This document shows positions 20,532 to 30,412 of a stretch of DNA of 64,000 nucleotides, piece after piece. The DNA is taken from contig CAZFAS010000001.1 of assembly GCA_964516975.1 (NCBI GenBank), positions 18,823-82,822 of the forward strand. Direction: 5' to 3'. Positions within the stretch are counted from its first letter, which is position 1. Each line of letters begins with the position of its first letter. The position numbers were made by a program, and so were the translations under genes. Source of the stretch: an uncultured Candidatus Saccharibacteria bacterium. Its GTDB lineage: Bacteria > Patescibacteriota > Minisyncoccia > Phycocordibacterales > Zambryskibacteraceae. The notes under the pieces are model-generated. The model saw only the letters and a list, made by a program, of their open reading frames with translations, was not told the DNA's origin and made no database searches.

Positions 20532-20573
20532 ATTACAAAACCACATCGTGTATACACGATGTGGTTTTGTAAT
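20532..20573. repeat. Perfect 42-bp palindrome, probable terminator
   Basis: ATTACAAAACCACATCGTGTA|TACACGATGTGGTTTTGTAAT. Confidence 0.85.
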
Positions 20574-20600
20574 TAGTGATATTTATGTTTGTATTATGGT

Positions 20601-21809
20601 ATGAAGCCACTATCATTTCGTATAGTAAAGAAAATCGACGGAGCTCTCGGTAGAGCTGGTGTGATAACAACAGCGCATGGTGAAATACAAACCCCTGCCT
20701 TTGTTACGGTGGGGACAAAGGCTACAGTTAAGGCGGTTACACCAGAACAAGTAAAGGGTCTTGGAGCGCAGGTCGTGCTTGCAAATACATATCATCTTTA
20801 TCTTCAGCCGGGAGATGAACTTGTAAAAAATGCTGGCGGACTAGGAAAGTTTATGAATTGGTCGGGTCCTACTATGACTGACTCAGGAGGATTCCAAGTA
20901 TTTTCACTCGGAGCCGCGTATGGAAAAGATATTTCTAAAATAACAAAAATTACTGACCCAAGTCTTCTTATCCCTGAGAGATCAATTGATCTAGAGTCAC
21001 CACCACTCGCAAAAATTGGCGCTGATGGGGTTTCATTTCGATCTCATCTTGATGGATCACTTCACTATATAAACCCTGAGAAGTCTATTGAGATACAACA
21101 CAATCTTGGTGCGGATATTATATTTGCATTTGATGAATGTACTTCACCAGCAGAATCACTTGTGTATCAAGAAGAGGCACTGAATAGAACTCATAGATGG
21201 GCAAAGAGAAGTCTGGATTATCACAAATCAAGACCAGAATCAGAGAAACAAGCACTCTTTGGTATTGTGCAGGGTGGAAGAGATGAGAATCTTCGAAAAA
21301 ATAGTGCACGTGAGATATCAGCAATGGATTTTGATGGTTTCGGCATCGGTGGATCATTTGCGAAAGAAGACATGAATAGTGCAGTGAGGTGGGTGAATGA
21401 AGTTTTGCCGGAGGATAAGCCGAGACACTTGCTCGGTATCGGTGAACCTGAGGATCTTTTTATGGGGGTGGAGCAGGGAGTGGATCTTTTTGATTGTGTC
21501 GCACCAACGCGAAATGCAAGAAATGGAACTCTGTATACCAAACAAGGGAAAATAAATATCTTAAATGCACAATATGTAAAAGATGTAAATCCGATCGACA
21601 GTGAGTGCTCATGCTATACCTGCTCACATTATACTCGCTCGTATATCGCGCATCTGTTTCGTGCAAAGGAAATGCTAGCGGGAACACTCGCAACTATCCA
21701 TAACTTGCACTTCATTATTTCACTTGTAGATACAATGAGGGAAGCGATTATTAATGAGAAATTTCAAGATTTTAAAAGTGCATTTTTGGATGAATACCAG
21801 CATAATTAA
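20601..21809 (+). CDS. tgt: tRNA-guanine transglycosylase
   Basis: TDSGGFQVFSL, FGIVQGG, DLFDCVAPTRNARNG, CSCYTC...H Zn site. Confidence 0.97.
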   Translation: MKPLSFRIVKKIDGALGRAGVITTAHGEIQTPAFVTVGTKATVKAVTPEQVKGLGAQVVLANTYHLYLQPGDELVKNAGGLGKFMNWSGPTMTDSGGFQVFSLGAAYGKDISKITKITDPSLLIPERSIDLESPPLAKIGADGVSFRSHLDGSLHYINPEKSIEIQHNLGADIIFAFDECTSPAESLVYQEEALNRTHRWAKRSLDYHKSRPESEKQALFGIVQGGRDENLRKNSAREISAMDFDGFGIGGSFAKEDMNSAVRWVNEVLPEDKPRHLLGIGEPEDLFMGVEQGVDLFDCVAPTRNARNGTLYTKQGKINILNAQYVKDVNPIDSECSCYTCSHYTRSYIAHLFRAKEMLAGTLATIHNLHFIISLVDTMREAIINEKFQDFKSAFLDEYQHN

Positions 21810-21884
21810 TTTTTGTATATTGACATACAATATATTAGTGCTATAATTTGAAAACTGTTCTTTAAACCCTTTCCATGGTGAGTA

Positions 21885-22292
21885 ATGCGCATTTTTTTGA
21901 TGGTTCTGGTCTTTCTCGGAAGTTTTTCACTTTCGGGGTGCATCGAAGTTAACAAGTACTACCCAACTGAACCGGTAGAGGCAAAGCTGGTCCTGCCGGC
22001 TTTCGATCCGGCGACAATCGTACTTTCAACAACGACTAGCGTAGAGTACTTGCAGGCAATCACGGTTGTTCCGCCTACGGGCGTGAACGTATGTGATGAC
22101 GTGATGTGGACCATTGTTGGTTCATCGATTCAGGAATCGGCAAGAATTTGTGAGAGATACCCAGATGGGAGCACTCGGATCGCGACTTCATTCCATACTC
22201 GTGCCCCGGGTGAGTCGAGAATTACCCTCACTCCCAAAAGCAATCCGAAGGGTGCAACTACCCTCCGGATCATCGTCAACGAAAAGGGATAA
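21885..22292 (+). CDS. Orphan putative lipoprotein
   Basis: Lipobox LSGC; own promoter TTGACA-N16-TATAAT at 21820-21847; terminator 22297-22326. Confidence 0.7.
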   Translation: MRIFLMVLVFLGSFSLSGCIEVNKYYPTEPVEAKLVLPAFDPATIVLSTTTSVEYLQAITVVPPTGVNVCDDVMWTIVGSSIQESARICERYPDGSTRIATSFHTRAPGESRITLTPKSNPKGATTLRIIVNEKG

Positions 22293-22370
22293 TTGTAGCC
22301 GCAGGTCTATATGACCTGCGGCTTTTCGTATCTATTGACATATATTGCATATGTGCTATTTTATAAAAGC

Positions 22371-22454
22371 ATGAATAATTTCAGAGCACATACAAATAGT
22401 TTCGCTAAAAAGCACGAGTATAAGGCCCACACTCTCGTTGCTTATTTAGCCTAG
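22371..22454 (+). CDS. Putative 27-aa leader peptide
   Basis: MNNFRAHTNSFAKKHEYKAHTLVAYLA; ATG 8 nt after the -10 box of TTGACA-N16-TATTTT (22335-22362). Confidence 0.55.
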   Translation: MNNFRAHTNSFAKKHEYKAHTLVAYLA

Positions 22455-22532
22455 CTGTTGTTATGTACATTATTCACATCTCTACACAAAAACGTCTCGG
22501 CTAGGTAAGCAGGGACGTTTTTTGTTTACCTA
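22440..22532 (+). promoter_or_regulatory. Putative transcription attenuator (terminator/antiterminator)
   Basis: Terminator 22488-22523; its inner segment GGCTAGGTAAGC (22499-22510) is complementary to GCTTATTTAGCC (22440-22451). Confidence 0.65.
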
Positions 22533-22598
22533 GGTTTGTTCTTTCACACATATGGTTGCTCTACCGTGGACATTGTCCAAAAAGAGCAGGAGTTTCAA

Positions 22599-23414
22599 AT
22601 GTCTGGTACAGAGAAGAAGTATCGCATTCTTGTAATTGAGGATAAACCCAGTAATCAGGAATCTGCAAGAAAGACTTTGGCAGGTCATGAAGTGACAATT
22701 ATCTCGAGTTTTGATGAGGCAATGGACATCATGTCAGTCAGGTACGACGAAGATAAGGTTGCAGAAATTCTATTTGCTGCAGGATTCCTTACTTTACCAG
22801 CACATGTACCAATTGACGTCAGGATTGCCTATAATAAGGCAACAAAGGAAGCTGAAAGTCAGTCAATCATACCATTCGAGTTTGATGTTGTGTTAACGGA
22901 TATGATGATGCCTGCAAGTTTAAGGACACTCGGTCCAAACGTAATCGATGATTTACGCAAACAGGTTCCATACGGGTTTATTATTGCACTTCGTGCATCA
23001 ATGATGCCGAGCGTAAAGTTTATTGCGATGGTCACTGATACAAATCATCATCAAGGTGTGATGAGTGCAGCACTCGATAACATCAGTAATGCATACTACC
23101 ACAAGGGATTCAAGCCAAACTTTGTTATTAATGGTAAGACAGTTATGTTTGTGCATTCTCCATTTATTTCTGAGGAAATTGGCTTAGGACCTTGTACTTG
23201 GTGCAAGGGTACTGGTGTTTGCGATACTTGCAATGGAAGGGGTGACTTTTATGGGAGAATATGTAGTTGTGTAGAAAAAGTTGGGCTTGGTATTTGTTCG
23301 TTCTGTAAGGGTACAAAGCAGAGTATGCAGAAGGAAGACCGAAAAGATTGGGGCACTGTGCTTCGTGACCTGACTGGAGGTGCCTGGTCAGAAAGTGAAC
23401 TGAGTGAAGAGTAG
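22599..23414 (+). CDS. Receiver-domain-like protein with C-terminal DnaJ-type CxxCxGxG zinc finger
   Basis: RILVIED, FDVVLTDMMMP; CTWCKGTG, CDTCNGRG, CSC, CSFCKGT; AGGAG SD before ATG 22599. Confidence 0.75.
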   Translation: MSGTEKKYRILVIEDKPSNQESARKTLAGHEVTIISSFDEAMDIMSVRYDEDKVAEILFAAGFLTLPAHVPIDVRIAYNKATKEAESQSIIPFEFDVVLTDMMMPASLRTLGPNVIDDLRKQVPYGFIIALRASMMPSVKFIAMVTDTNHHQGVMSAALDNISNAYYHKGFKPNFVINGKTVMFVHSPFISEEIGLGPCTWCKGTGVCDTCNGRGDFYGRICSCVEKVGLGICSFCKGTKQSMQKEDRKDWGTVLRDLTGGAWSESELSEE

Positions 23415-23516
23415 ACAAACTCTGTTAACAATCAAAGTGAGCCCCGGAGCGCGTAGCGCTCCGGGGTTTTTGTTTTGTATTTTCATATTATGGCGTTCTC
23501 TGTATACTAGGATTCA

Positions 23517-25553
23517 ATGAGAGGAAGCCAAAAATTCAAAATCCGCACAGAGCATAAGCCGGCTGGAGATCAGCCAAAAGCTATTTCTGCGCTTGTCGAT
23601 GGTATCAGCAAAGGTCTGCAATATCAGACTCTATTAGGTGTGACAGGTTCAGGAAAAACATTTACAGCGGCAAATGTGATTGAAGCAGTGGGAAAGCCGA
23701 CACTTGTAATCGCACACAATAAGACTCTTGCTGCTCAGCTTGCTCAAGAGTACAAGGAATTTTTCCCAGACAATGCTGTGCACTATTTTGTATCGTATTA
23801 CGACTACTATCAGCCAGAAGCGTATATGCCTGTTACTGACACGTATATTGAAAAGGAAGCGCAGATAAATGAAGAGATAGAAAGACTTCGTCATGCTTCG
23901 ACACAGGCACTCTTAACGCGAAGTGATGTTATTGTGGTTGCATCGGTATCGTGTATTTACGGTTTGGGAAGTCCTATTGAATATGAAAAAGTAAATTTAA
24001 AGATCGCAAAGCGAGATAAGATTTCTCGCACAGATTTTATTCGAAAATTAGTGAACATTCATTTCGAGCGAACAAATGCAGATTTAACTCCTGGGACATT
24101 TAGAGCGCTCGGTAACGCCATAGAGATTATGCCTGTGTCTGAGAAAGTTGTATATCGTATTGAGATTAGTGGAAGTGAAATCGATACGATACAAAAGATT
24201 GATTCTGTTTCGAGAACAATATTAAAAGACATCGACGTGTTTTATTTGTTCCCAGCAAAACATTTTATTACTGCACCAAGTGAGCTTGAGCGAGCAATGA
24301 AAGAGATAAAGCGAGAACTTGATATACAACTTAAGAAATTTGATAAAGAAGGAAAGTTGCTTGAGGCTGAGCGACTGAAAAGAAGAACTTCATATGATCT
24401 TGCAATGATTCGTGAGATTGGCTATTGCTCGGGTATCGAAAATTATTCGAGACATTTTGCTGGTAAAAGGGAAGGAGAAGCTCCAGATACACTTCTTTCG
24501 TATTTTCCACATAAATCAGATGGTACGCCAGATTTCCTTACTATTATTGATGAATCCCATGTGAGTATTCCACAAATTGGAGCTATGTATAACGGGGATC
24601 AAGCAAGAAAACAGACGCTTGTAGAGCATGGCTTTAGATTACCGAGTGCAAAGGATAATAGACCATTACAGTTTCACGAATTTGAAGAAAGAGTTGGTCA
24701 AGTTATTTTCACTTCCGCCACACCTGGTAAATATGAAAAAGAAAAAAGTGAGCAAGTTGTTGAACAGGTGATTCGTCCAACCGGACTTGTCGATCCGGTG
24801 GTAGCAGTACGTCCAATTCAGGAAAAAGGTGCATATAAAGGCCAGATACTAGACTTTATTAGTGAAGCAGAAAAGACTATTGAAAAAGGTGGGAGAGTTA
24901 TTGCTACGACACTTACGAAAAAAATGGCTGAGGATCTGAGTGAGTATCTAAAGGAAAAAAAGATAGAAGCAAAGTATCTTCATAGTGATGTTAAAACAAT
25001 TGAAAGAATCGAGATTCTTACGGCATTTCGAAAGGGGGAGTTTGATTGTCTTGTTGGTGTAAATTTACTTCGAGAGGGCCTTGATTTGCCAGAGCTTTCA
25101 TTTATCGGGATACTTGATGCAGATAAAGAAGGTTTTTTACGATCTGAAACATCGCTTATTCAGATTATTGGACGAGCAGCACGAAATGTTAATGGAAGAG
25201 TGATACTGTATGCTGACACCATGACCGGATCTATGGAACGTGCGATCAGTGAAACAAATCGTAGAAGGACACTGCAACTCGAATACAATAAAAAACACGG
25301 TATTACTCCAAAAACTATTATCAAAAAGATTAAAGATATTACAGAAGAATTAAATCGTGAGCATGGAAAGGCGGTTGCAAGTCAACTTGCTATTGATGAT
25401 GTGATGTTTAAGAAAAATCCGCGTAAACTGATTCGTCAAAAGGAGTTACAGATGAATGCGGCGGTTAAAATCCTTGATTTCGAGTCTGCAGCGCTCTTGC
25501 GAGATGAGATTGCACAACTTGAAGCACGGTTAAAATCTGAAGGAACAAGATAA
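23517..25553 (+). CDS. uvrB: Excinuclease ABC subunit B
   Basis: PAGDQP, GVTGSGKT, YYDYYQPEAY, DESH, GRAARN. Confidence 0.98.
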   Translation: MRGSQKFKIRTEHKPAGDQPKAISALVDGISKGLQYQTLLGVTGSGKTFTAANVIEAVGKPTLVIAHNKTLAAQLAQEYKEFFPDNAVHYFVSYYDYYQPEAYMPVTDTYIEKEAQINEEIERLRHASTQALLTRSDVIVVASVSCIYGLGSPIEYEKVNLKIAKRDKISRTDFIRKLVNIHFERTNADLTPGTFRALGNAIEIMPVSEKVVYRIEISGSEIDTIQKIDSVSRTILKDIDVFYLFPAKHFITAPSELERAMKEIKRELDIQLKKFDKEGKLLEAERLKRRTSYDLAMIREIGYCSGIENYSRHFAGKREGEAPDTLLSYFPHKSDGTPDFLTIIDESHVSIPQIGAMYNGDQARKQTLVEHGFRLPSAKDNRPLQFHEFEERVGQVIFTSATPGKYEKEKSEQVVEQVIRPTGLVDPVVAVRPIQEKGAYKGQILDFISEAEKTIEKGGRVIATTLTKKMAEDLSEYLKEKKIEAKYLHSDVKTIERIEILTAFRKGEFDCLVGVNLLREGLDLPELSFIGILDADKEGFLRSETSLIQIIGRAARNVNGRVILYADTMTGSMERAISETNRRRTLQLEYNKKHGITPKTIIKKIKDITEELNREHGKAVASQLAIDDVMFKKNPRKLIRQKELQMNAAVKILDFESAALLRDEIAQLEARLKSEGTR

Positions 25554-25591
25554 AAAATCGCCACCTCGTAGAGGCGGCGATTTGAATTATT

Positions 25592-26299
25592 TCAGTCTCG
25601 AATTGTCATCTGTGCGTATTCTTCGGGACTAATACCAAGCTCTTTTGCGCTGAGCTTGAAGTCCTTAATGAAATTATTGAGACCCATATCACATGGCCAG
25701 CATTCAAGCAGGGCACCATTGTTAGCAGCAAGGTCGCCACTCATTATCCTGCTTGCGAATTCGTGAACTGTGCTATAGCTAAAGCCAAATGCTAGCGGAT
25801 CAAGCCCAACCTCATCTATAAGAAGGATTAGACTTTGCATTGTACCTAAAGCGTAGTCATCGCATAACATAGTTACGGCAGGTTCCTGTGTTACGTTCTC
25901 TGCATTTGGCTTTGTTTGGATGATCTCATGAGCTGCTTGTGCTAAGTTCTTTTCAATGTGTTCTAGGATTTCCGCACTATCAATAGGGATGGAATCTTTC
26001 CACTCACTTTTTCTTGCAATCATGTTTCGAACACCCACCCATTCTGTCGCTCTTTCCTTGCTACTACATAGATCACTACCAATTTTTGTAACACCGAATG
26101 CAATTGAGTCAGCTGAGAGGTTTTCCTTCACAACAAATTTCAAGAGTTCTATTGAGTCGCTTTTGGCTCGAAGATGCAATACTGGTGATGCATCAACCAT
26201 AACTTCTGGTGTCGTATCATTTTTGTCATTACTGTTATAACCACAGCAAGACATGATGATAACAACAGATCCTGTTAGAAGTAATGATATCGCCTTCAT
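25592..26299 (-). CDS. Orphan putative secreted protein or lipoprotein
   Basis: Hydrophobic N-terminus ending MSCCG; AGGAG SD; hairpin at 25556-25583. Confidence 0.65.
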   Translation of the reverse strand: MKAISLLLTGSVVIIMSCCGYNSNDKNDTTPEVMVDASPVLHLRAKSDSIELLKFVVKENLSADSIAFGVTKIGSDLCSSKERATEWVGVRNMIARKSEWKDSIPIDSAEILEHIEKNLAQAAHEIIQTKPNAENVTQEPAVTMLCDDYALGTMQSLILLIDEVGLDPLAFGFSYSTVHEFASRIMSGDLAANNGALLECWPCDMGLNNFIKDFKLSAKELGISPEEYAQMTIRD

Positions 26300-26456
26300 A
26301 CTTACTCCTGGTATGTGTGGGATGTACTAAAAAGGGCATTCCGAGAATTAAAATATAAGTATTTTATATATCAGTCAAACGAGTAGTGCCTATTTCGAAA
26401 GATTATGTATAATATGGTTTCACCCCCCCAATGTCTTGAAAAGGGGACATTTTTCT

Positions 26457-29096
26457 ATGGAAAAACATACAAAACAGTTGAAATCCGATGAAAAGATTGT
26501 GGTGAAAGGTGCTCGTACGCACAATCTTAAAAACATTACAGTAGAAATGCCACGAAATAAGATGGTGGTTTTTACTGGTTTATCAGGATCAGGAAAATCA
26601 TCACTCGCATTCGATACTATTTTTGCTGAGGGGCAGCGAAGATACGTTGAGTCGCTTTCATCGTACGCTCGTCAGTTCCTACGACAGATGCAAAAACCAG
26701 ATGTAGATGAAATCCAAGGTCTTTCTCCTGCTATTTCAATCGATCAAAAATCAAGATCAAATAATCCGCGTTCAACCGTTGCAACAATAACCGAGATTTA
26801 TGACTACCTCAGAATTTTATTTGCGCGTGTTGGTCACCCGCATTGTTTGATATGTGGCGAAGAGATCAAAAGACTTTCAAATGAAGAAATAAAGAACTTT
26901 ATATTAGAGAAAATATGGGAAAAGAATGAATCATTAGCGAAAGAGAAGCGCTCGATCGATTTTCCATATTATGCTGAAATTTTTGCGCCAGTAGTTCGTG
27001 GAAGAAAAGGGGAATATTACCAGCTTCTCTATGATCTTCTTGGTAAGGGATATACAGAAGTAATGATTGATGGCTCAAGAAAGAAGCTTCGGGATCAGAT
27101 CATACTTTCAAAAACAAAACGACATGATATTGATGTTCTTGTAGATCAGATCAATGTAGCTGATTTCAAAGATGATGAAAGAAATGCTGAAGAAAGACTT
27201 TCTGAGTCGCTTGAAAAGGCGCTTTCCGAGTCTGATGGTCTTGTAAAGATAGTCTTTCGAGATATGAAATTGAAAAAAGATGATAGTCCAGAAGAATTCC
27301 TTATGTCCTCGAAGTTGTCATGTCCAAATGATGGATATTCATACCCTGAAGTTGAACCACGACTCTTTTCATTCAATTCTCCATATGGAGCATGTCCAGA
27401 ATGTAATGGTCTTGGTACGCAACACTTCTTCGGAGAGGAGCCATGTACAAGATGTAAGGGAGCTAGGCTTCGTGATGAAGCTCTTCATGTGCTTATCGCT
27501 GGGAAAAATATTGTGGATGTCTCATCACTTTCTATTAAGGATGCGAAAGAGTATTTTGAAAAAGCAAAATTAACACCCCGCGAAAAAAATATTTCGAAAG
27601 TAGTTCTTAAGGAGATTGAGTCGAGGTTAGACTTCATGATTAATGTTGGTATTGAGTATTTATCACTCAGTCGTAGAGCCCACACGCTTTCAGGTGGTGA
27701 GGCACAAAGAATTAGACTAGCCTCACAACTTGGTTCAGGACTTGTCGGCGCACTCTATGTGCTCGATGAGCCAACAATCGGCCTTCATTCTAGAGATAAC
27801 GATCGACTCATTAGGACACTTTTAAATTTGAGGGATTTAGGAAATACAATCATCGTTGTAGAGCACGACGAAGATACTATTTACGCTTCTGATTATATTA
27901 TCGATATTGGACCTGGTGCAGGGGTGCATGGAGGAAGTGTTGTTGTGTCTGACTATCTAGATAAACTTCTCATGGCGAAGAAGAATGATAGTGGCTCGAG
28001 CACTCTTGCATATCTTCGAGGGGAGGATCAAATAGAAATTCCAGAAAAAAGAAAAACAACAGAAAAAGGTTCAATCAGTATTCGTGGAGGAAAAGTATTT
28101 AATATAAAAAATCTTAACATCGATGTGCCACTTGGTCGCATGATAGCAGTTACAGGAGTATCGGGATCCGGGAAGTCATCTTTTGTGTACGAGATACTCC
28201 ACAGAAATCTTCAGGCTCGATTTGATAGACGGTACAGAACAGCTGAAGTGTATAACTGTAAGACATTCACTGGTACAGAATATCTCGGAAGATCAATTTT
28301 GATTGATCAGTCGCCGATTGGAAGAACGCCTCGATCTAATCCTGCAACATATACCGGAGCTTTTACTTTTATTCGTGAACTGTTTGCCGAAACGAGTGAA
28401 GCGAGAGCGCGTGGGTGGAAGGCGAATCGATTTTCATTCAATGTGAAAGGAGGACGATGTGAGACATGTCAGGGAAATGGAGAAATCGAAGTTGAAATGC
28501 ACTTCTTACCGACTGTGTATGTGCCATGTGATGTATGTAATGGAAAGCGATTCATGAAGGAGACACTAGAAGTGAAATATAAAAAGAAAAGTATTTACGA
28601 TGTGCTTCGTATGACGGTAGAAGAAGCACTCGATTTCTTCGAAGATATTCCTGCAATTTATGACAGACTAAAGACGATGAATGAAGTGGGGCTTGGATAT
28701 CTTGAGCTTGGGCAATCTGCAACAACACTTTCTGGAGGAGAGGCTCAGCGCGTGAAAATATCTGCAGAACTGTATAGACCACACTTACAAAAGACAATGT
28801 ATCTACTTGATGAGCCAACTATCGGTTTGCATTATGATGATGTAAAAAAACTCATCGAGATCTTGCAAAAACTTGTTGATAAAGGTAACACTGTGCTTGT
28901 TATTGAACATAACCTTGATCTTATTAAAAGTGCAGATTATGTTATCGATATTGGACCTGAAGGTGGTGATGGTGGTGGTCAGATTGTTGCGAAGGGGACA
29001 CCAGAGGAAGTTGCAAATGTTGATAAGTCCTATACCGGACAATATTTACGAAAAGCACTGAAGCAAAGATCGAGGCGAACAAAAAAGGATGAATAA
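26457..29096 (+). CDS. uvrA: Excinuclease ABC subunit A
   Basis: GARTHNLKN, two ABC modules ([24 protein letters not shown] twice), zinc fingers. Confidence 0.98.
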   Translation: MEKHTKQLKSDEKIVVKGARTHNLKNITVEMPRNKMVVFTGLSGSGKSSLAFDTIFAEGQRRYVESLSSYARQFLRQMQKPDVDEIQGLSPAISIDQKSRSNNPRSTVATITEIYDYLRILFARVGHPHCLICGEEIKRLSNEEIKNFILEKIWEKNESLAKEKRSIDFPYYAEIFAPVVRGRKGEYYQLLYDLLGKGYTEVMIDGSRKKLRDQIILSKTKRHDIDVLVDQINVADFKDDERNAEERLSESLEKALSESDGLVKIVFRDMKLKKDDSPEEFLMSSKLSCPNDGYSYPEVEPRLFSFNSPYGACPECNGLGTQHFFGEEPCTRCKGARLRDEALHVLIAGKNIVDVSSLSIKDAKEYFEKAKLTPREKNISKVVLKEIESRLDFMINVGIEYLSLSRRAHTLSGGEAQRIRLASQLGSGLVGALYVLDEPTIGLHSRDNDRLIRTLLNLRDLGNTIIVVEHDEDTIYASDYIIDIGPGAGVHGGSVVVSDYLDKLLMAKKNDSGSSTLAYLRGEDQIEIPEKRKTTEKGSISIRGGKVFNIKNLNIDVPLGRMIAVTGVSGSGKSSFVYEILHRNLQARFDRRYRTAEVYNCKTFTGTEYLGRSILIDQSPIGRTPRSNPATYTGAFTFIRELFAETSEARARGWKANRFSFNVKGGRCETCQGNGEIEVEMHFLPTVYVPCDVCNGKRFMKETLEVKYKKKSIYDVLRMTVEEALDFFEDIPAIYDRLKTMNEVGLGYLELGQSATTLSGGEAQRVKISAELYRPHLQKTMYLLDEPTIGLHYDDVKKLIEILQKLVDKGNTVLVIEHNLDLIKSADYVIDIGPEGGDGGGQIVAKGTPEEVANVDKSYTGQYLRKALKQRSRRTKKDE

Positions 29097-29130
29097 AAGA
29101 ACGGCCGAGACAAAGTCTCGACCGTTTCTA

Positions 29131-29325
29131 TTATCGGAGCATCTCTCCGCATTCTTCGCATGATCCGTCACCTCTCACCAGTCTTGTTGGGTCGAGGTGA
29201 TGAGGGCAGTTCCTGCGTAGTTCTTCGATTCGTTGTCGTTCTTCTGCAGTCGAACACTTGCGTTCTTTGATGCTGGTCATGATTTGACCGATTTGAGCCG
29301 CGACGCTTATCTGCTGTCCGTTCAT
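29131..29325 (-). CDS. Small protein with CxH...CxxC zinc-binding tail
   Basis: AAGGAG SD; CPH...CEECG; hairpin at 29099-29128. Confidence 0.65.
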   Translation of the reverse strand: MNGQQISVAAQIGQIMTSIKERKCSTAEERQRIEELRRNCPHHLDPTRLVRGDGSCEECGEMLR

Positions 29326-29457
29326 GGAAGTCTCCTTGGTTGTACTATCTACGTTGAAGTATAGTACACAGATGCAAATTATGTATATGTTGACAAAGTG
29401 CGTATTTAGTGTATTATGCTATATGGAAGTATATTCAAAACCCCTAGGAAAGGAGAG

Positions 29458-29664
29458 ATGATGCGTATTTTTAGTCGCTTCATGTCGGCGATTGCGATGC
29501 TCGCACCGAGCATCCCAGTCATCCCTCCGGAGCTCATCTCGAAGGTGAGTTCCAAGCGGCGACATGAGAGCAACGGTATCATTCGTCGCATCAGCAAGAA
29601 GCAGATGCGATCGGATTTCCGGGCCAAGGCCCGGGGGGCGAAGAGTTTCAAGGGTATGCGGTAG
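29458..29664 (+). CDS. Small basic orphan protein
   Basis: AAAGGAG SD; promoter TTGACA-N16-TATTAT at 29390-29417; terminator ~29667-29700. Confidence 0.6.
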   Translation: MMRIFSRFMSAIAMLAPSIPVIPPELISKVSSKRRHESNGIIRRISKKQMRSDFRAKARGAKSFKGMR

Positions 29665-29740
29665 TGAGGCGCCCATCCACTATGTGGATGGGCGCTTTTT
29701 CATATAGAAAAAAGCCGGAGAAAATCTCCGGCTGTCTTGA

Positions 29741-29938
29741 TTACTCAAGATATGCACCACATTCACCGCACTGTGTTCCAGCTGGGTCGATTGACTGCTT
29801 CTTATGTGGAAAGTGCGAGCATGATCTTTGCAGTGAGGTAAGCTCTGCTTGTTCATGCTGAGCAAGGTCTACAGATCTTGCTCTAAGAACAAGCTCCCAT
29901 GCACGTAAGCTATGTGCAGTTCTATCAATTTTGCTCAT
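29741..29938 (-). CDS. Small protein with CxH...CxxC zinc-binding tail
   Basis: GGAGG SD; start overlaps upstream stop (ATGA); CSH...CGECG. Confidence 0.65.
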   Translation of the reverse strand: MSKIDRTAHSLRAWELVLRARSVDLAQHEQAELTSLQRSCSHFPHKKQSIDPAGTQCGECGAYLE

Positions 29939-30347
29939 GTTTCCTCCGGATCGCTTCTGAGAAAGGACTTACCAGTCTTCAGGTCAAATTCACCGAAGCT
30001 TGAAAGAAATTCCTCCGCTGCCTCAATTAGAGTGTTGAGTTGCGATGGAATTACGCTGTAGCCGTTTTCGATTAGTGTAGGATCTCCTATAGGGCAATTA
30101 AGTTGATTTACTAACTGCCGAATGCATATGGCTGCTGACAGGGTGATCTCAGTAAGGGTGTTTTCACCTGCAACAAGGTCAATATATACGGCGTCTTGAT
30201 CTCTAAGTTTCCTTAGATGAACCAATAAATACCTGCGTATGGCAGGTAGAATCCATTGATGACCTGCTTTCCCAGCAGTCTAGTAATGTCTTCTGATTCG
30301 TTATGGCCAGATGCTCTGAGTATTTTCCCAAAGTTTACACCACCCAT
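29935..30347 (-). pseudogene. Split ORF (44 aa plus -1 frame continuation): frameshifted pseudogene or programmed -1 frameshift
   Basis: AAGGAG SD then ATG at 30347, open to TAA 30213; overlapping -1 frame runs to 29935 without its own ATG; G_GGA_AAG at 30273-30267. Confidence 0.5.
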
Positions 30348-30412
30348 ACTGTTGTATCTCCTTATTGTGGAAGGAACTTGCGAAAACCCAAATAATTAGT
30401 ATCATAGATGTC

